Shown here piece after piece: positions 60,048-64,000 of a DNA stretch of 64,000 bases. The stretch is from Candidatus Pacearchaeota archaeon (GTDB lineage Archaea > Nanobdellota > Nanobdellia > Pacearchaeales > GW2011-AR1), in contig JAGLGM010000001.1 of NCBI GenBank assembly GCA_023144035.1, forward strand, positions 1,091 through 65,090, given 5' to 3'. Under the pieces are notes generated by a model, which worked only from the letters and a program-made list of their open reading frames with translations, searched no databases and was not told the DNA's origin. The first letter of the stretch is position 1. Every line of letters begins with the position of its first letter. A program made the position numbers and the translations under genes.

Positions 60048-60159
60048 GCAACTTCCTCCCCTTTATGCGAAGTTACTACGTCTACGAGCATCATGCTACT
60101 TCTTCTCCCTTTATGCGAAGTTACTACGTCTACGAGCATCATGCAACCTCCTCTCCTTT
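60044..60159 (-). repeat. Three synonymous copies of the KGEEVA* gene end separated by an identical linker
   Basis: + strand CCCTTTATGCGAAGTTACTACGTCTACGAGCATCATGC at 60059 and 60107. Confidence 0.9.
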
Positions 60160-60453
60160 TTCATCTAAGTATTTCATAAATTCATCTTCTGTTAATTCTT
60201 TTTCATTAATATCTGAGCCTATCCATTTACACTTTCTACATTCCCACTCCTTTCCTCCACCTTGTTCTGCATCACTATTACTTAAAACAAGTCCAACATC
60301 ATCACTTCCACATTTAGGACATTCTCTAATCTTGAATGTCTTTCCTGTTTTCTTCTCAGACTTAACTCCTTTTGCTTTTTCATAATCAGCTTTTGAATCA
60401 TATCCTTCTATTATCCAGTCTGGTGTTTTCATTTTTTCTTTTTTCTTTGCCAT
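60139..60453 (-). CDS. Zn-ribbon hypothetical protein
   Basis: CPKCGS...WECRKC. Confidence 0.65.
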   Translation of the reverse strand: MAKKKEKMKTPDWIIEGYDSKADYEKAKGVKSEKKTGKTFKIRECPKCGSDDVGLVLSNSDAEQGGGKEWECRKCKWIGSDINEKELTEDEFMKYLDEKGEEVA

Positions 60454-60454
60454 T

Positions 60455-61036
60455 TTATTTGTTTAATTCTTCTTTTAATTGATTTAAATTTTTAAATAAA
60501 ATCATTTTCATTCCTAATTCTTTTGCAGGAGAAACATTTTCTTCTAAATCATCTATATAAATACATTCTTTTGGTTCAACATCTAACTGTTGTACAACTT
60601 CTTTAAATATTTCAATATTAGGTTTAGCGACTTTAAAATCATAGGAGGTAACAATAACATCAAAAATTTCACCTAAATTATGTTTCTCATTAATCTCTTT
60701 AAACCAATCTTCAAGATGATTAGAAACTAAAGCTAACTTATAATTATCTTTTAGTTTTTTAGCAAATTCTAATACTTCTAATTTAAAATTAAATGAATCT
60801 ATTAACTTAGAACGAAAGGTTTCAGAATCAACTGCTAAAAACTCTGCACATTTTTCCCAAAATACTTTTGAATCAATTTCATTTACTTGTGCTTTAGATC
60901 TATTTTCCTCAGCTAATTTCATAAATTCTTCTGGATCTTTATTTAATTCAAGAGCATAACTTTTACAAAAAGAATCTATTTTTCCGGGAGTACATAAAAC
61001 CCCTCCATAATCAAAAATTATTGCTTTATATTCCAT
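60455..61036 (-). CDS. HAD family phosphatase
   Basis: IFDYGGV, VSN, KP, YIDDLEEN. Confidence 0.85.
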   Translation of the reverse strand: MEYKAIIFDYGGVLCTPGKIDSFCKSYALELNKDPEEFMKLAEENRSKAQVNEIDSKVFWEKCAEFLAVDSETFRSKLIDSFNFKLEVLEFAKKLKDNYKLALVSNHLEDWFKEINEKHNLGEIFDVIVTSYDFKVAKPNIEIFKEVVQQLDVEPKECIYIDDLEENVSPAKELGMKMILFKNLNQLKEELNK

Positions 61037-61037
61037 C

Positions 61038-61143
61038 TTAAACGTCTAACTCAGCCTCCTTTGCATTTTCTTTATGCGAAACATTTCTTTGTGAGCGTCT
61101 ATGAAAATGCTTATACATCAAGCTCTGCCTCCTTTGCATTTTC
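61038..61143 (-). repeat. Duplicated gyrB 3' end (33 nt, synonymous changes only) with a 40-nt linker
   Basis: ENAKEAELDV* encoded at 61111-61143 and again at 61038-61070. Confidence 0.9.
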
Positions 61144-62988
61144 TTGAATAAATTCTTTCCTACCTTGAACATCGTCACCCATTAACATTGCAAACACCCT
61201 ATCTGCTTCAACAGCATCCTCAATATATATTTTCTTAATCTTTCTAGTATTAGGATTCATAGTCGTGTCCCAAAGTTGTTGAGAACCCATTTCACCAAGA
61301 CCTTTAAATCTTGTAATATTAGTTGTATTTAATCTTTCCATTGTTCTCTTAAGTTCAGCATCAGAATAAACATAATAATCTTTTTTCTTTCTAATCCTAT
61401 ATAATGGAGGTAAAGCAACATATACATTACCATTTTTAATTAACTCTGGCATAAATCTAAAAAAGAAAGTTAACAACAATGTCTTAATATGTTCACCGTC
61501 AACATCTGCATCACACATAATCACAATTTTATTATATCTTAATCTTTCTAAATTAAATTGATCACCTACTCCTGTTCCAACAGCTGTAATCATATTTGTT
61601 ATTTCTTCACTTGATAATACTTTTATAGGATTTGCTTTTTCAACATTTAATATTTTTCCTTTTAGTGGAAGTATTGCTTGAATTTCTTTATTTCTAGCAT
61701 CTTTGGCAGTTCCTGCAGCTGATAAACCTTCAACAATATAAATTTCAGTATTATCTGCTTTTTTATTTGAACAATCTGCTAATTTACCAGGTAAACCTCC
61801 TAATGAAAAAACATTTTTCCTTCTAACTAATTCTCTTGCTTTTTTAGCAGCTAATCTTGCTTTTGCAGCTTCTGAAACTTTTGACACAATTTTATTTGCA
61901 ATAGTTGGGTTTTCTTCAAAAAACTCTGACAAAGCAGAAGTTACAGCAGAATCTACAAAACCTTTTACTTCAGAATTACCTAACTTTGTTTTAGTCTGTC
62001 CTTCAAATTGAGGATCAGGTATTTTTACACTTACTATAGCTGTTAAACCTTCTCTAACATCATCACCAGATAAATTCCCATTTTTCAAAGTTCCTTTACT
62101 TTTACCATAATCATTAATAACTCTTGTCAAAGCTGTTTTAAAACCAGAAACATGAGTTCCTCCTTCAATAGTATTAATTGTATTTACAAATCCAAAAATA
62201 TTATCTTGATAACCATTATTATATTGAATTGCAATTTCTAAAACAGTTCCACTTATTTCTTTTTTAAAATAAATTGGTTTATGATAAACTTCTTTAGATT
62301 TATTTATCCATTTTACAAATTCCATTAATCCTCCAGAAGCAAAAAATTCAAATTTCTTATCTTTAATTTTATCTTCTAAAGATATTTTTAATCCTGCATT
62401 TAAAAAAGTAATTTCTCTAAACCTAGTTTCTAAAACTTTATAATCAAAATCAACAGTAGAAAATATTTCATCATCAGGCCAAAAAGTAACATCAGTTCCA
62501 GTCTCACTTGTTTTCCCAATTACTTTTAATTTTGTTTTTGTATTTCCTTTAGAATATTCTTGAGAATAAATTTTTCCATCCTTTTTTATATTAGCAATTA
62601 GTTTTTTAGATAAAGCATTTACAACAGAAATCCCTACACCATGTAAACCACCTGAAATTTTATAAGAATCTTTATCAAACTTTCCACCAGCATGTAATTT
62701 AGTTAATGCTACTTCAACAGCAGGAATTTTATAAACAGGATGTTTTTCTATTGGAATTCCTCGCCCATCATCTTCAACTGTTACAGAACCATCTTTATTT
62801 AAAATAACTTTAATTTTTTTACAATGTCCTGCTAAAGCTTCATCAACAGAATTATCAACTACTTCATAAATTAAATGATGTAATCCAGTCTTACCAGTAG
62901 ACCCAATGTACATTGCGGGACGTTTTCTTACCCCCTCAAGACCTTCTAAAACTTTTATTTTTGATGCATCATATGTATTTGCTGCCAT
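61111..62988 (-). CDS. gyrB: DNA gyrase subunit B
   Basis: VRKRPAMYIG, EVVDNSVDE, LHAGGKF, PLKGKILN, DADVDG, RFKGLGEM. Confidence 0.97.
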   Translation of the reverse strand: MAANTYDASKIKVLEGLEGVRKRPAMYIGSTGKTGLHHLIYEVVDNSVDEALAGHCKKIKVILNKDGSVTVEDDGRGIPIEKHPVYKIPAVEVALTKLHAGGKFDKDSYKISGGLHGVGISVVNALSKKLIANIKKDGKIYSQEYSKGNTKTKLKVIGKTSETGTDVTFWPDDEIFSTVDFDYKVLETRFREITFLNAGLKISLEDKIKDKKFEFFASGGLMEFVKWINKSKEVYHKPIYFKKEISGTVLEIAIQYNNGYQDNIFGFVNTINTIEGGTHVSGFKTALTRVINDYGKSKGTLKNGNLSGDDVREGLTAIVSVKIPDPQFEGQTKTKLGNSEVKGFVDSAVTSALSEFFEENPTIANKIVSKVSEAAKARLAAKKARELVRRKNVFSLGGLPGKLADCSNKKADNTEIYIVEGLSAAGTAKDARNKEIQAILPLKGKILNVEKANPIKVLSSEEITNMITAVGTGVGDQFNLERLRYNKIVIMCDADVDGEHIKTLLLTFFFRFMPELIKNGNVYVALPPLYRIRKKKDYYVYSDAELKRTMERLNTTNITRFKGLGEMGSQQLWDTTMNPNTRKIKKIYIEDAVEADRVFAMLMGDDVQGRKEFIQENAKEAELDV

Positions 62989-63215
62989 TTTTTCTTATTT
63001 TTCGTTTTGGATAGCTTTTGCTAAATGTTTAGTTTTTGGTATTAATTTCGAGTAAAAATCTACTCTAGATTATTCTTAATTCCACCTAAAAAAAGGTGAA
63101 ATCCTTTATAAATCTTTCTACCTCTAAATTGCATTCACCGTCGATAAAATAGACTAATTTTGCTAATTGACTTAATTACAACAATCTTTAAAAATAATGT
63201 AAATAATCAAAAATT

Positions 63216-63482
63216 ATGAAAAAAATAAGTATTTTTACGATAGTTTTAATATTAATATTAACTACAACCTTGTTTTTTTTATTAACAAATTCTAATAATT
63301 CCTTAAGTTATTATATGCATACAAAAGCTATTTGTAATGATACTAATTTTTGCCAAGATTATATGATTTCATGTGACAAAAATAAATTACTTATGACAAC
63401 TCCAATAACAGGTGCTGCAATACAACTTCCTTTAGATTGGCAAGACCCAAGAAATGAAGTAGATCAAAAATTATGTAATTAA
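63216..63482 (+). CDS. Small membrane-anchored Cys-containing protein
   Basis: N-terminal TM; TKAIC...CQDY...C. Confidence 0.55.
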   Translation: MKKISIFTIVLILILTTTLFFLLTNSNNSLSYYMHTKAICNDTNFCQDYMISCDKNKLLMTTPITGAAIQLPLDWQDPRNEVDQKLCN

Positions 63483-63483
63483 T

Positions 63484-63810
63484 TTATTTTTTAGAAACAG
63501 TTTTATTTTCTTTAGCTTCTGGCTTTAAATTCTCTTTCTTAACTTTTTCTTTCACAACTTCTTTTACTTCTTCTTTTACAACTTCTTTTACTTCTTCTTT
63601 TGGAATTTCAGAAACAACTTCTTCTTTAACTACTTTTGAAACTTTTTTATCTTTCTTATCTTTTAAAATCCATCTAACTTTTCTTCGTTTCATCTTTTTA
63701 TTTTTTCTACACTTTGAAGAACATAAATAATTTATACTTCCATCTTTTCCAACTAAAGTTAATCCTTTTGGAAATTCATAATCTTTACCACAATAAACAC
63801 ATTTAGGCAT
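63484..63810 (-). CDS. rpl24e: 50S ribosomal protein L24e with K/E/V-rich extension
   Basis: MPKCVYCG...DGSINYLCSSKC...W; GGAGGT upstream. Confidence 0.9.
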   Translation of the reverse strand: MPKCVYCGKDYEFPKGLTLVGKDGSINYLCSSKCRKNKKMKRRKVRWILKDKKDKKVSKVVKEEVVSEIPKEEVKEVVKEEVKEVVKEKVKKENLKPEAKENKTVSKK

Positions 63811-63991
63811 TTTTACCTCCATAGGTAACAGCCAAGACATATGAGCTACAATCCATAGCACCAATATTAAGAGGTATTAATCCCAGAACATGATAATTAC
63901 TTAAATTTTCTTCTAATTTTTCTGCTTGAAATTTACTTAAAGAAGGAGATTCAATAACTTTATCTGGATTTTTATCAATTTTATTTTTCAT
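63803..63991 (-). CDS. Hypothetical protein
   Basis: 62-aa ORF overlapping the rpl24e start; may extend past the window edge. Confidence 0.35.
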   Translation of the reverse strand: MKNKIDKNPDKVIESPSLSKFQAEKLEENLSNYHVLGLIPLNIGAMDCSSYVLAVTYGGKNA

Positions 63992-64000
63992 GTCTTCAGT

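Noticed and set aside
60044-60159. CRISPR mini-array
   Set aside because: Only two constant units; the intervening sequences are ~10-20 nt synonymous copies of the adjacent gene end rather than unique spacers; no cas genes in the window.
452-60385. Many short ORF-track entries overlapping real genes (e.g. 452..712, 5591..6061, 6626..6958, 26679..27017, 53052..53411, 56939..57235, 59972..60385)
   Set aside because: Antisense or alternate-frame shadows of well-supported genes with F/S/L/I-rich composition.
63535-63635. KEEV/KEVV repeats in the L24e tail
   Set aside because: Low-complexity charged extensions on ribosomal proteins are ordinary; no DNA-level structure beyond codon repetition.

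Overview
Very AT-rich archaeal chromosome segment. aIF5B, aIF2-gamma, eS6, uS10, eL24, a Dph-type fragment, TATA-like promoters close to start codons and a bacterial-type gyrase point to a DPANN archaeon, probably Pacearchaeota/Woesearchaeota-like (inference). Positions 1-11.1 kb are an integrative element next to tRNA-Asp that runs off the left edge. It carries an atypical tyrosine integrase, an RHH regulator, an Sm-like protein, a helicase-like Rep with an intragenic iteron cluster, a serine resolvase, a PD-(D/E)XK nuclease and three RxxxxH (HEPN-like) genes. The rest is housekeeping genes (serS, rps10, cyclophilin, infB, rps6e, eif2g, gyrA with two inteins, gyrB, rpl24e) interleaved with small cargo genes, three toxin-antitoxin pairs and a 4302-aa surface protein. 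The most striking unexplained pattern is repeated duplication of host gene ends (cyclophilin, gyrA, gyrB, a Zn-ribbon gene, the tRNA-Asp 5' end). The copies bracket either cargo genes or short linkers, two loci sharing an RTAGACG...TTCGCATAAA linker motif, and some copies differ only at synonymous sites. This suggests an undescribed gene-end-targeted cassette/insertion system. Other candidates are a ~200-nt RNA with six cUUCGg hairpins, and structured RNAs attached to two DUF3800-like genes and a NYN gene. All calls come from reading the sequence by eye; no searches were run.
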